Part shown: positions 37,777-47,359 of the stretch, piece by piece | Numbering within the stretch: the first letter of the stretch is position 1 | Layout: every line of letters starts with the position of its first letter | Source: an uncultured bacterium | GTDB taxonomy: Bacteria; Babelota; Babeliae; Babelales; Vermiphilaceae | DNA: 64,000 nt | Direction of reading: 5' to 3' | NCBI GenBank assembly: GCA_963695335.1 | Contig: OY968764.1 | Span: 576,001-640,000, forward strand | Notes under the pieces: generated by a model | Told to the model about the DNA's origin: nothing | The model's input: only the letters and a program-made list of their open reading frames with translations | Databases searched by the model: none | Translations under genes and position numbers: made by a program

Positions 37777-38703
37777 ATGATAAAGTGTAAAAAATATGCG
37801 ATAGTATGGGCTCTCTTTTTTTGTCACCAATCTATTTTTTCTTATGGTTTACCAAGTCTTCGATTAGGATATAACACTATTCTTGAGGGTGGTCCATTGC
37901 GTCCACGACCAGGTATTTATTTGTTTGAATGGTCAAAATATTATACTACGCAACGATTTTTAAACGCAGAAGGAAAACCACTTGATGGTGTTCCTTCTCC
38001 TCGTTTTAGAGAATGGACAATTACTTCGCAAATTGCGTGTCAGTTTGGCAAGCAACCTTTATTGCGTGAAGGTATGCCGGGATTAACTTTGGGCGTTCCA
38101 TTTGTTGCATATTCAAAGATTGAAAAAAATGAGTTGGATATGAGAACGAGTGGCACAGGTTTTGGTAATTTAAGATTAGCTGCGTATATTCAATGGCCTT
38201 GGCTTGAGCGTAATGGGGAAAAGTTTTTTATTCATCGTCTTGAATTTGATATGTCTGTTCCAATGGGAAAAAATAAACTTCCTGAAAAACAGATCAATCC
38301 TCAAAATCCCTTTGTTTATCTTGGTCCAAATTGGTCAGCCACCATAGTTCTTGCTGAAAAATGGACGACATCCTGGTCATTGCATTATGTTTGGAGTGCT
38401 AAAAATGAAAAAATTGATTTTCAAGCAGGAGATGCATTTTATGGTAATTATGCTGTATCGTATCAAGCATTACCTGGTTTTTATATATCCGGAGTTGGGT
38501 ACGTATTAGCTCAGTTACATGATAATAAAGCATTTGGGATATCTGAGCCTAAAAGTAAAACACGCTTATTTGCAAGTGGCCCTGGTATGGCATATTATTT
38601 TTCACCAGATATCATTCTTTTAAGTTATCTGTATCTTGAATATGGAGCGAAAAACAGTACCGAAGGTACCAATTTTATTGTACGTCTTGTTTGTCGTTTT
38701 TAA
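37777..38703 (+). CDS. SphA/MetA-pathway type outer-membrane transporter
   Basis: LGYNTILEGGP..PGIY, SGTGFGNL, FIHRLEF, GPG, terminal F. Confidence 0.75.
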   Translation: MIKCKKYAIVWALFFCHQSIFSYGLPSLRLGYNTILEGGPLRPRPGIYLFEWSKYYTTQRFLNAEGKPLDGVPSPRFREWTITSQIACQFGKQPLLREGMPGLTLGVPFVAYSKIEKNELDMRTSGTGFGNLRLAAYIQWPWLERNGEKFFIHRLEFDMSVPMGKNKLPEKQINPQNPFVYLGPNWSATIVLAEKWTTSWSLHYVWSAKNEKIDFQAGDAFYGNYAVSYQALPGFYISGVGYVLAQLHDNKAFGISEPKSKTRLFASGPGMAYYFSPDIILLSYLYLEYGAKNSTEGTNFIVRLVCRF

Positions 38704-38755
38704 TGTGATAGCCGAAGAACATTTTAATTTTCTATAATTATATAACAAAGTACAT

Positions 38756-39682
38756 ATGATAAACGGTAAAAAATATGCAATAATATGGATTCTTCTTTTT
38801 TTTATTGTTCAAACAAAAGGTTATGGATTACCACAGTTAGGCTTAGGTTATACCAGTATTCTTGAAGGTGGTCCTATACGACCAAATCCTGGTATTTATT
38901 GGCAAAATTGGTTGCAATATTATACAACGAAACGATTTTTAGATGATAAAGGGAAGCCTCTTGGAGGTGTTCCCTCTCCTCATGTAAGAGAGTTTGAGTA
39001 TGTTACAAATCTTGCATATCAAACTGAGAGGCAAACATTTTTAGGTGGTATGCTAGGATTTGAAATGGTATTGCCTTTTACTCTTGTTTCCAAAGTTGAT
39101 AAAGATAATGCGCTTGGTATAAAAAGTAGCGGTAGTGGTGTTGGTGATTTAGGATTAGGTGTTTATGTTCAATGGTTTGCTACGTTTTATCATGGTCGTC
39201 CTATTTTTGTTCATCGACTTGAATTTTCATTTACTACCCCTTTGGGAAAAAATGAGTTACCTGAAAAACAGATTAATCCGAGTCATCCCTTTTTTCATTG
39301 CGGGCCAACGTGGTCTGCTACGTTATATTTTTCACATAAATGGAATATGTCATGGGATTTGGATTATGTGTGGTGTGCTAAAAATGAAAAAATTGATTTT
39401 AGAAATGGAGATGCGATTTTTGGGAATTACAGCTTAGCATATGAACCACGTGAGCGTTTGTATATTGCAGCAGTGGGATATTTTTTGAAGCAGTTGCATA
39501 ATAATAAGGCTCTTGGTGTAACGGTGCCAGATAGTAAAGAGCGTATATTTGCTATTGGCCCTGGTGTTGCTTATTTTCATTCACAAGATGTGATTATTGT
39601 TGGTTATTTGTATTTTGAGGCTGGGGTAAGGAATCGCACACAAGGAACTAGCTTTATTTCACGTCTTGTTCTGCATTTTTAG
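38756..39682 (+). CDS. SphA/MetA-pathway type outer-membrane transporter, tandem paralog
   Basis: LGYTSILEGGP..PGIY, SGSGVGDL, ERIFAIGPG, terminal F; same length as neighbour. Confidence 0.78.
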   Translation: MINGKKYAIIWILLFFIVQTKGYGLPQLGLGYTSILEGGPIRPNPGIYWQNWLQYYTTKRFLDDKGKPLGGVPSPHVREFEYVTNLAYQTERQTFLGGMLGFEMVLPFTLVSKVDKDNALGIKSSGSGVGDLGLGVYVQWFATFYHGRPIFVHRLEFSFTTPLGKNELPEKQINPSHPFFHCGPTWSATLYFSHKWNMSWDLDYVWCAKNEKIDFRNGDAIFGNYSLAYEPRERLYIAAVGYFLKQLHNNKALGVTVPDSKERIFAIGPGVAYFHSQDVIIVGYLYFEAGVRNRTQGTSFISRLVLHF

Positions 39683-39695
39683 CAGTTAATAAAAA

Positions 39696-39725
39696 AAGGC
39701 TTGAGTTTGTAATGACTCAAGCCTT
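39696..39725. terminator. Intrinsic terminator
   Basis: aaggcttgagt...actcaagcctt between convergent genes. Confidence 0.75.
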
Positions 39726-39751
39726 AAACATTGTTGATGGATATTTTTTAA

Positions 39752-40468
39752 TTATACATCCATTAAAATGATTGATTCATCATGAGGTTGCATATCCATT
39801 ATCAATGCACCATCCTTTGCTATGCTTGTAGAAGGCATTTTTTTAAATCTGATACTTTGGTTCATATCGTGAGGCAGCTTTAAATGTAAGTCGTGAAAGG
39901 GCAGATTTATAATAGCTTTGCCACCTATGGTTGCTTTTGTTGTATCTCTATTTTTAATGAGTTGGATATCGCTATGTTCATTGTTGATATTTGAAGGTTT
40001 ATAGAAAAATTTATAAAAATTGATTTTTTGATTATAAAATTGAGTTATTCTATCTTTGGCATGATTGAAATAATTTTCTGTTGGCTCTGCTATTGAGTAT
40101 TCATCTCTACGTGATATATGTTTACAATGAGATGCAAAGAGATAACAGGATACTTTATAAGCAATTTCGGTTTTGGAATACTTTTCAAATATTTCTTTTA
40201 TGTTTTTCATATGGTCATTAAAAGATACGCTTGTTATTTTTGTGCTACTGTTCACTGGATTGTATGTCATTTCAGTAGGGTTGTGTTTGCTATAGTTACG
40301 AGGTTTTAAAGATCCTTTGTCGTAATCCTTATGTGAAAAATGTAATACAATTGTTACATCTTCTTCGCAATATATATTTAAGTTATCATCCTTTTCCATT
40401 CCATATATAATGTTGCTTGCACATAGAAGCGAAAATGCTGTGATAAAAAAAGTTGCATTGTGTTTCAT
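39752..40468 (-). CDS. Secreted hypothetical protein
   Basis: ATG 40468 with AAGGA; ...IYGMEKD. Confidence 0.7.
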   Translation of the reverse strand: MKHNATFFITAFSLLCASNIIYGMEKDDNLNIYCEEDVTIVLHFSHKDYDKGSLKPRNYSKHNPTEMTYNPVNSSTKITSVSFNDHMKNIKEIFEKYSKTEIAYKVSCYLFASHCKHISRRDEYSIAEPTENYFNHAKDRITQFYNQKINFYKFFYKPSNINNEHSDIQLIKNRDTTKATIGGKAIINLPFHDLHLKLPHDMNQSIRFKKMPSTSIAKDGALIMDMQPHDESIILMDV

Positions 40469-40614
40469 TGAAACATCCTTATTTTTTATGATTTTTGTTG
40501 AGATTGGCATTAAATCTAATTCTTTTGTGTGTTTTTGCAAGAAATGAAAAGCATATTTTAGTTGCGATAATTTCTTTTTATTGCATACTCCAAATAGAGT
40601 AATTATTATTTTTT

Positions 40615-41061
40615 ATGTTTATATTAGGGGCTTTTTTCATGAATAAAGATAATTTTTTTATGGCGATGATGTTTGGTATGATAACATTATTCGGGACAAG
40701 TTTTGAAATGCGTAGCTCTGAAAAAAGTAGCTTAACTCCATATATTGTTGGCGGTACTGTTATTCTTGGAGTAAGCGTATTAGCAGTCAGACAGACTGCG
40801 TCGTATCAAACATATAGCAATCATCAAACTCGGCTTGCGCAAGAAAAAGAAGACTCTGATAATTCACTGTTTCATGCACAACCATTATCAAGAAAAAGAT
40901 CAAATTCTGAAACATCAATACTGAGTGATAAAGCGCAAGTTTATTTAAACAATTATGAGCAACAGCGCAGAGCAGAAGCGCAACGATATGCAAAAAAAAT
41001 AACACAAGAAACCTTGCCGTCACATATTATAGATGATTATGCAGGAGAAATGAGAAAATAG
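40615..41061 (+). CDS. Hypothetical protein with signal peptide and one TM segment
   Basis: 148-aa ORF; YIVGGTVILGVSVLAV. Confidence 0.6.
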   Translation: MFILGAFFMNKDNFFMAMMFGMITLFGTSFEMRSSEKSSLTPYIVGGTVILGVSVLAVRQTASYQTYSNHQTRLAQEKEDSDNSLFHAQPLSRKRSNSETSILSDKAQVYLNNYEQQRRAEAQRYAKKITQETLPSHIIDDYAGEMRK

Positions 41062-41116
41062 TATGTGATAAGTATGATTGATTTGAAAGAGAATCATTTT
41101 ATTATACACTGATGAT

Positions 41117-43012
41117 ATGAAAATGTTTCGAGTCATACATTATTTTTTTATTGTGTTAATTATATCGAGTGCCTTTCTATGTGGCGCTCTTTTTTTTGTG
41201 ATTCATAATCACACAATTGATTTTTCTATTCTTGCGCAATATGATTCAGCGCGTCCATCAATTTTGTATGATGATCAGGGTAATGAATGGGGCAAATTTC
41301 AGCTAGATCGGCGTGATCCTGTTGACGGAGCACGTTTGCCGCAACATGTTATTAATGCATTTATTGCAGCAGAAGATTGGCATTTTTTTTTGCATCACGG
41401 TATTTCGTGGAAAGGTATTGTGCGCTCCATTATTGTAAATCTGTATCATGGGCGGAAAGTGCAAGGAGCAAGTACTATCACGCAACAGTTGGTTAAATTA
41501 CTTTTTTTTGATTCACAAAAAACGTTTAAGCGAAAAATAAAAGAGCAGCTCTATGCACTGCTTGTTGAGCGGCAATTAACAAAAGATCAAATTTTGCATA
41601 CGTATCTGAATCACGTTTGTTTTGGATGCGGTATTTATGGTATAGAAGCTGCAAGTCAGCGATTTTGGTCAAAACATGCACATGAAATTTCTGTTGATGA
41701 AGCGTGCACGCTTGCTGGTATTATTCGTTCCCCTGCGCGATATTGCCCATTGGTATACCCACTTTCAGCACAAAAACGGCGAGATGTCATTTTAGGGAAA
41801 ATGAAACATTTGGGTTTTATTACTGTGCAAGAATATGAAGATTGTTTGGTGCATCCTGTTGAAGTAAAAGATAAAAATTATGATACATTTGCTCCGCACA
41901 TCAAAGAGATGTTGCGACTGTCATTAGAAAATATTGTTGGTAAAACAGCATTATATTCTGCAGGATTGCACATTCAAACAACCATTAATAGCAAGATGCA
42001 AATTGCTGCGCAAGAGGCGTTTAAAACAGAAATGGTTAAATTACGTGAAAAAATGGGTGATGGTCTTGATGGTGGAATGATCGTTTTGGATCGCAAAACA
42101 GGGGAAATAAAAGCGCTTGTTGGTGGATTCGATTTTGCAGCATCAAAATTTAATAGAGCAATGCAAGCGCGGCGGCAGATAGGATCTATTATCAAACCAT
42201 TGATTTATGCGTGTGCAATAGAAAAAGGGATGACATTTGCAGATACAGAAATTGATGAGCCCTTTGAACTATTACAAAATGGCACCGTTTGGGCTCCAAA
42301 AAATTATGATAAAAAATTTCATGGGCAAGTTACACTTGCGTATGCGTTAACGCGGTCCAGTAATATTGTGAGTATTAAAACGCTTTTAAATGTTGGAGCG
42401 CATTCAGTTATTAATCTTGCAAAAAAATGCCGCATTAAAACTGATTTTCATGCATATCCATCATTAGCGTTGGGATGTGTTGATACAACATTGTGTGAAG
42501 GTGCAGGGATGTTCAATGTGTTTGCTAATGATGGTGTGTATGTTGAGCCGCATGCATTATCATGGATAAAAGATCGGTGGGGTGCTCGTATATATAAATC
42601 TACTGTTGATACGGGGCGCGTTCTTGATAATCATGTGAGTGGGCAAGTAAAAGCTGTTCTTTGTTTGGGGCCTGAGCGTGTTAAATTGCGATATGGTGCA
42701 CAAAACTGGATTGCATCACAAGCAATGAGTAAAACAGGTACAACAAATGATTCACGTACGTGTTGGTTTATTGGATCAACGCCAACACTTACAACAGCAG
42801 TATATGTTGGGTTTGATGATAATCGTCCCATGGGCCAAGATGTGTATCCCATTCATACAGCGTTTCCTATTTGGTTTGCATTTAATCGTGCTGTTGAACA
42901 ACCTGAAAAAACATTTTCATATGATCCTGCATTACAAGTAAAAGTAATTGATGAGCACACGGGTTTACCTTCAAAGGTAGGCAAAGCTGGTGCTATTTCC
43001 ATTTTGGTATAA
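41117..43012 (+). CDS. Class A penicillin-binding protein (PBP1A family)
   Basis: AEDWHFFLHHG, GASTITQQLVK, GSIIKP, SSN, KTGTTND. Confidence 0.93.
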   Translation: MKMFRVIHYFFIVLIISSAFLCGALFFVIHNHTIDFSILAQYDSARPSILYDDQGNEWGKFQLDRRDPVDGARLPQHVINAFIAAEDWHFFLHHGISWKGIVRSIIVNLYHGRKVQGASTITQQLVKLLFFDSQKTFKRKIKEQLYALLVERQLTKDQILHTYLNHVCFGCGIYGIEAASQRFWSKHAHEISVDEACTLAGIIRSPARYCPLVYPLSAQKRRDVILGKMKHLGFITVQEYEDCLVHPVEVKDKNYDTFAPHIKEMLRLSLENIVGKTALYSAGLHIQTTINSKMQIAAQEAFKTEMVKLREKMGDGLDGGMIVLDRKTGEIKALVGGFDFAASKFNRAMQARRQIGSIIKPLIYACAIEKGMTFADTEIDEPFELLQNGTVWAPKNYDKKFHGQVTLAYALTRSSNIVSIKTLLNVGAHSVINLAKKCRIKTDFHAYPSLALGCVDTTLCEGAGMFNVFANDGVYVEPHALSWIKDRWGARIYKSTVDTGRVLDNHVSGQVKAVLCLGPERVKLRYGAQNWIASQAMSKTGTTNDSRTCWFIGSTPTLTTAVYVGFDDNRPMGQDVYPIHTAFPIWFAFNRAVEQPEKTFSYDPALQVKVIDEHTGLPSKVGKAGAISILV

Positions 43013-43050
43013 TTGTGTTACAAAGTAGAAAATGTTTAATTTAAAAAAGG

Positions 43051-43737
43051 ATGAGTATGAAGATTAAAAATATATTGTTGTGTGCTATTCTCTTTTGTTC
43101 AATCATAAAAAGTGAAGGTGTTTCCGATCCGGTAGAAGCTGTGTTTACTCATATTTATAAGTCAAAATTTTGGTTGTTAGGAGAAAGTGTTTCTGGTCCA
43201 GGGTCAGAATTACGAGTTACACAACGGATGCGTCCACAGCTGAGTGCGCTTATCAAACGGTTTGGTATTAATTCTATAGCAGATGCACCATGTGGGGATC
43301 TTCATTGGATGAGATATGTTGATTTAGGAACATGCAAATACATTGGGTATGATATTGTTCAAGAGTTGATTGATCGTAACACAAAACTTTTTGGAGACAC
43401 AAAAGAGTTTAGACACTTTAACCTTGTTGATAATGTGATTGAAAAAGTAGATCTTATCATATGTCGCGACATGCTTGCACATCTTACACATGAACAAATT
43501 GTAAAAGCTTTAAGAAATTTCAAAAAAAGTGGATCAAAATATATCTTAATGACGACAGGGCTGACAACAAAAGATAATAGTCCTGATATTACAACGGGAG
43601 AAGTAAGAAGAATCAATTTTGAATTACCACCATTTAATTTCCCTCGTCCATTGGCTTTGATTGAAGAAGATATACCATTTGAATGTGAACGTGGTAAACA
43701 TTTGGCATTATGGTTTTTAGATGATATTAATGTATAA
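43051..43737 (+). CDS. Class I SAM-dependent methyltransferase-like protein with signal peptide
   Basis: ESVSGPGS, SIADAPCGD, YIGYDIV, DLIICRDMLAHL. Confidence 0.75.
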   Translation: MSMKIKNILLCAILFCSIIKSEGVSDPVEAVFTHIYKSKFWLLGESVSGPGSELRVTQRMRPQLSALIKRFGINSIADAPCGDLHWMRYVDLGTCKYIGYDIVQELIDRNTKLFGDTKEFRHFNLVDNVIEKVDLIICRDMLAHLTHEQIVKALRNFKKSGSKYILMTTGLTTKDNSPDITTGEVRRINFELPPFNFPRPLALIEEDIPFECERGKHLALWFLDDINV

Positions 43738-43760
43738 AAAAATAATTTTTTGTTGTGATT

Positions 43761-43800
43761 AATAAATAGCGCTTGGTAAAAACCAGGCGCTATTTTTATT
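43761..43800 (+). terminator. Intrinsic terminator
   Basis: aaatagcgcttggt...accaggcgctattttt. Confidence 0.8.
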
Positions 43801-43858
43801 GTGATGTAATGTTATACTTGAGCTGCGCATTTTAAAAGTCTTAAGCAAAGAGGATATT

Positions 43859-45034
43859 GTGAGAAGAAAACCATTACATTTTATGATGTTACATCTATTG
43901 TTATGGGTTGGATTATTGCAACCCGATGGATTTGTTGAGCATACGTTAGTCAAACATGAATATGGTTTTAAACCAATTCAACATTTTGTTGTAGGCAATA
44001 ATGTTGTTGTGGTCGCTGATGGCGGACAACTGCAGCAAAATTCTGTATCTCACACCATGAGCTATGTTGCTGATTGTTTTATAAAAATTCAGATTAAAGA
44101 TATTTGTGTTTGTGCAGCACCAGATCAAAAATTTTATTCATGCACTAGAAATGATTGGGTGGGTGCTCGTGCATTACATGTTTCAGAACAGCTGTTGTGT
44201 GGTAGTGGAAATGTTGTCTCTGTTGATGCAGTTGAAATGGTGCATAAGCAACAAAGAATGCATGCGTTTACTGTTGATACAAGTCATATCTTTTGTGTAA
44301 CTCCGTATGAAATTATTGCGCATAATGTTGAACCAGTTTCTATGGTCGGAACAGCAACCATTGTTCTTCCTGCATTAACTACTGCATGTCCACCAGCAGG
44401 AATTGTTGCAGGAGTGGCATGGGGCATTCTGGGTTGTGTGATGTTTTGTAAGCATAGAAAAGCTCATAGATATGAATTGCAACATAAAGGCTGTTTTTCT
44501 CCTGAGAGTAGAAATGGTACAACAACACCAATCGCTAGCGGTTGTTATGAACCTGTACAAAATGTTCCTATTGTTTGTGATATAAAAGCTGGAAAAGAAG
44601 ATCTTCCTACCAAGTTGGTTCATGAAATTCCTGAGAATAATGTTGATAAAGGTTGTGAATTTCCTATTCATGTTGAACAACCTATATTGCATCACGCTGC
44701 AACAATTCAAACTGATGGTGATGAAAATAGGCATTATGAGGGACCTTGGTATAATCGCACGGAAGATTGGGTGAAGGAGTTTAAACATAAAGATAAGCTT
44801 GGGCGGACAGATCACTTTAATCAAGGTAAGCGTCTTTTTAAAGTGCTTAAAAAGATAGAGGATTCTGATGCTTTAAAAAAAGGGGATTATGTAGTAGTTG
44901 ATGCTTTACATAACGATCATCTGGAAGTATATGATGGAAGCCGCAATTGGAAGTGTGTTGCAAATTTTGATGGTACTAAAAATGAACAGAAAACACAGCA
45001 AGCTAAACGAACATTACGACATCGAGCATTTTAA
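43859..45034 (+). CDS. Polymorphic toxin: signal peptide, Hint domain, TM segment, Ntox21-like RNase
   Basis: GAGG RBS + GTG; GFVEHTLV...KPIQ...VGN...FTV..SHIFCV...IAHN; C-terminal KKGDYVVVDALHNDHLEVYD...VANFDGTKNEQKT. Confidence 0.8.
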   Translation: MRRKPLHFMMLHLLLWVGLLQPDGFVEHTLVKHEYGFKPIQHFVVGNNVVVVADGGQLQQNSVSHTMSYVADCFIKIQIKDICVCAAPDQKFYSCTRNDWVGARALHVSEQLLCGSGNVVSVDAVEMVHKQQRMHAFTVDTSHIFCVTPYEIIAHNVEPVSMVGTATIVLPALTTACPPAGIVAGVAWGILGCVMFCKHRKAHRYELQHKGCFSPESRNGTTTPIASGCYEPVQNVPIVCDIKAGKEDLPTKLVHEIPENNVDKGCEFPIHVEQPILHHAATIQTDGDENRHYEGPWYNRTEDWVKEFKHKDKLGRTDHFNQGKRLFKVLKKIEDSDALKKGDYVVVDALHNDHLEVYDGSRNWKCVANFDGTKNEQKTQQAKRTLRHRAF

Positions 45035-45059
45035 TTTCGATTAGGTTTTAGGGTATTAT

Positions 45060-45758
45060 ATGAAAAATGATAAATGGCTTGAAGAAATAGATAGAAAAGT
45101 TGAAGAAGAACGTAGGGCCTATCGAGGTCCACATTGTTGTATGACTATGCATTATGAATTATTAAGCGAAGCAAGCTTATTAATTTATAATATTCAATGG
45201 CGAGAGTATGGTATCAAATTGTATAGACCAAATACTGGCTATTTACTGATGCAATATTGTACGGATTGTGGTACAAAATTACCTGATTCATTAAAAAATA
45301 TGTGGTTTAATATTTTAAAAGAAGAATACTTTCTAATAGATCCAATAGAGAATGATAAGGAGCTAATTCCTGAAAAATTTTTGACAGATGAATGGTGGAA
45401 TCCGAATAGAATTTTTAATAGTTATCGAGGTAATCAAGAAGTAAGTAGAAATATAAAAATAAAAAGTAACATAACCCATTGTTGTGATGCTTTAGATTAT
45501 GAATTACTTAACAAAACCAGCGTATTAATGTATTCACCAAAATACCGTGAATATAATATAAAACTCCCAAGTTTTCCCGGTGGGGCAGCGATGGATTATT
45601 GCCTGTTTTGTGGCCAACAATTTCCATTTTCAGTACGTTGTGAGTGGTTTGATATACTAAGGGAAGAATATCAATTAGAAAGTCCTTGTGAGGGGGATAA
45701 AAAGAAAGTTCCTGCACAGTTTTGGACAGATGAATGGTGGAAAAATCGTGGATTATAA
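45060..45758 (+). CDS. Candidate immunity protein, two CC...CxxC domains (DUF6980-like)
   Basis: HCC...REY.I...YCxxCG..(L/F)P.S....WF.IL...F.TDEWW occurs twice; directly after toxin. Confidence 0.7.
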   Translation: MKNDKWLEEIDRKVEEERRAYRGPHCCMTMHYELLSEASLLIYNIQWREYGIKLYRPNTGYLLMQYCTDCGTKLPDSLKNMWFNILKEEYFLIDPIENDKELIPEKFLTDEWWNPNRIFNSYRGNQEVSRNIKIKSNITHCCDALDYELLNKTSVLMYSPKYREYNIKLPSFPGGAAMDYCLFCGQQFPFSVRCEWFDILREEYQLESPCEGDKKKVPAQFWTDEWWKNRGL

Positions 45759-46098
45759 AGAATGGAGTGATGCAATAGATGCAAGGGTCGCGGAAAAAAG
45801 ACGTAATTATAAAGGACCTCATTGTTGTTTAACAATGGATGCCGGATTATCCATGGCAGGAGCTATTTTATACTATGATAAACAATATCGTGAATATGGA
45901 GTAGATTTTGGCGTAAGAGGAGGGATGTTAATTGATTACTGTATGTTTTGCGGTAAAAAACTACCAATATCTGTACGTGATGAATGGTTTGATATATTAG
46001 AAAAAGAATATGGGTTAGAAGAACCTTTACATGAAGATAAGAAAAAAGTTCCTGCTGAGTTTTGGACAGATGAATGGTGGAAAAAACGCGGGTTATAA
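45748..46098 (+). CDS. Candidate immunity protein, single CC...CxxC domain
   Basis: GTG 45748 gives MDYKEWSDAID, aligning with MKNDKWLEEID; HCC, REYG, YCMFCG, FWTDEWW. Confidence 0.7.
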   Translation: MDYKEWSDAIDARVAEKRRNYKGPHCCLTMDAGLSMAGAILYYDKQYREYGVDFGVRGGMLIDYCMFCGKKLPISVRDEWFDILEKEYGLEEPLHEDKKKVPAEFWTDEWWKKRGL

Positions 46099-46103
46099 AA
46101 ATG

Positions 46104-46128
46104 ATGCCAGCTTAAAAACTGGCATTTT
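46104..46128. terminator. Short terminator hairpin
   Basis: atgccag...ctggcatttt between convergent genes. Confidence 0.6.
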
Positions 46129-46132
46129 CTTT

Positions 46133-47359
46133 TTATAGATCATTATAAGATTCATTATCGTGTTCAGAATCCCATTCGCTCAGTGTTGACGCTAGCACTT
46201 GAAGATAATCTTGATCTGTAGAATTTATTAATTGATTAATGTGTGTATATAACATATGTGGATCTTTCTCAACATCACTTTGCGCAAGCATATAAAATTG
46301 TTCTGGATATTCTTCTACCATTGCACATGCATTATCAACTTGATGCGTTGTAGTGTTGGTCATGAGTGGAATAATAATGCATGGTTTACCAAAAAATTTA
46401 ATTTCAAACAAGGTTCCAGCTCCTGCGCGGCATATAATCAGATCTGCGGCCGAATACATGAGTGCAAGATCGGGATGATAACTGAATACATGCGCTGTAA
46501 TATTTTTTGATGCATAGAGTTGTTTCCAATCTGTATTATCAATTGATCCTGTTTGATGAATAATTTGCATAGTATCAGCAGGAAAAGAAGGGTTGTTAAC
46601 CCATTGTTGCATGTATTGGTTCAAAAAGAGGGAACCTTGCGAACCACCAAGAATGGCAATTGTTTTTTTCGCAGGTGATAAGTTTAATTTTTGTAAAGCT
46701 ACTTTTTGATCAAATATGGAATCATATTTGATTGGATACGGTGCAACAGAGCATTTGTGTGCAGGGAAATATTTCTGTGATGTTGCAAATGGGGTAATGA
46801 TTGAAGTTGCAAGGGGAGTTAAAAACTGTATTGCTTTGCCAGGTACAGCATCAAGGGAGTAAAGAGTTATGGGAATGCGTAATATAAATCCTGCTATGCA
46901 TGTTGGGATAGCCACAATGCCACCGGTGGTGAGGATTTGTGTTGGTCTATGCTTGTATAAATAAAAAAAACTTATCAAAAATGAACGACATGCATTGAAC
47001 AATGTTGTGATATAAGACCCTGCGCGTGTGCTGAGCGGGAGCATAACGTGCCATGTAACTGATGCATTGTCTGATAAAATGGTTTTATCAAGTGGCGTGT
47101 TTGATGAAAAGAAAAGAATATTCTTCTGTTCTTGATTCTGGTTATTTTTGATAACCGTAAGGCATGGAATAATATGTCCACCAGATTTACCCGCGACACA
47201 GCAGATTGTTTGTGTATAACATAAATTACTTTGTTTTTTGTCTCCCGCGCTCGCCCTGAACTTGTTGAAGGGTTTCTTCGAGCGCTCTAAGATACCCTTT
47301 AACAAGTTCAGGGCGAGCGCAAGAAAAGATATAAATAAGATTAGCTTAATGATATTCAT
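46133..47359 (-). CDS. murG: MurG glycosyltransferase with repeat-containing N-terminal extension
   Basis: AGKSGGHIIP, TGG, GGSQGS, HQTG, ADLIICRAGAGT..E, HQVDNA; ATGA overlap with upstream stop. Confidence 0.9.
   Translation of the reverse strand: MNIIKLILFISFLALALNLLKGILERSKKPFNKFRASAGDKKQSNLCYTQTICCVAGKSGGHIIPCLTVIKNNQNQEQKNILFFSSNTPLDKTILSDNASVTWHVMLPLSTRAGSYITTLFNACRSFLISFFYLYKHRPTQILTTGGIVAIPTCIAGFILRIPITLYSLDAVPGKAIQFLTPLATSIITPFATSQKYFPAHKCSVAPYPIKYDSIFDQKVALQKLNLSPAKKTIAILGGSQGSLFLNQYMQQWVNNPSFPADTMQIIHQTGSIDNTDWKQLYASKNITAHVFSYHPDLALMYSAADLIICRAGAGTLFEIKFFGKPCIIIPLMTNTTTHQVDNACAMVEEYPEQFYMLAQSDVEKDPHMLYTHINQLINSTDQDYLQVLASTLSEWDSEHDNESYNDL
47247..47320. repeat. Full family A palindrome in-frame in murG
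   Basis: gcgctcgccctgaacttgttgaaggg...ccctttaacaagttcagggcgagcgc, 26-nt arms with one G-T pair. Confidence 0.9.

Noticed and set aside
43925..44330. Canonical splicing intein or homing element
   Set aside because: No N-terminal Cys/Ser, no +1 nucleophile, no endonuclease domain.
45688..45747. Listed start of the second immunity ORF
   Set aside because: GTG 45748 aligns with the paralog's N-terminus.
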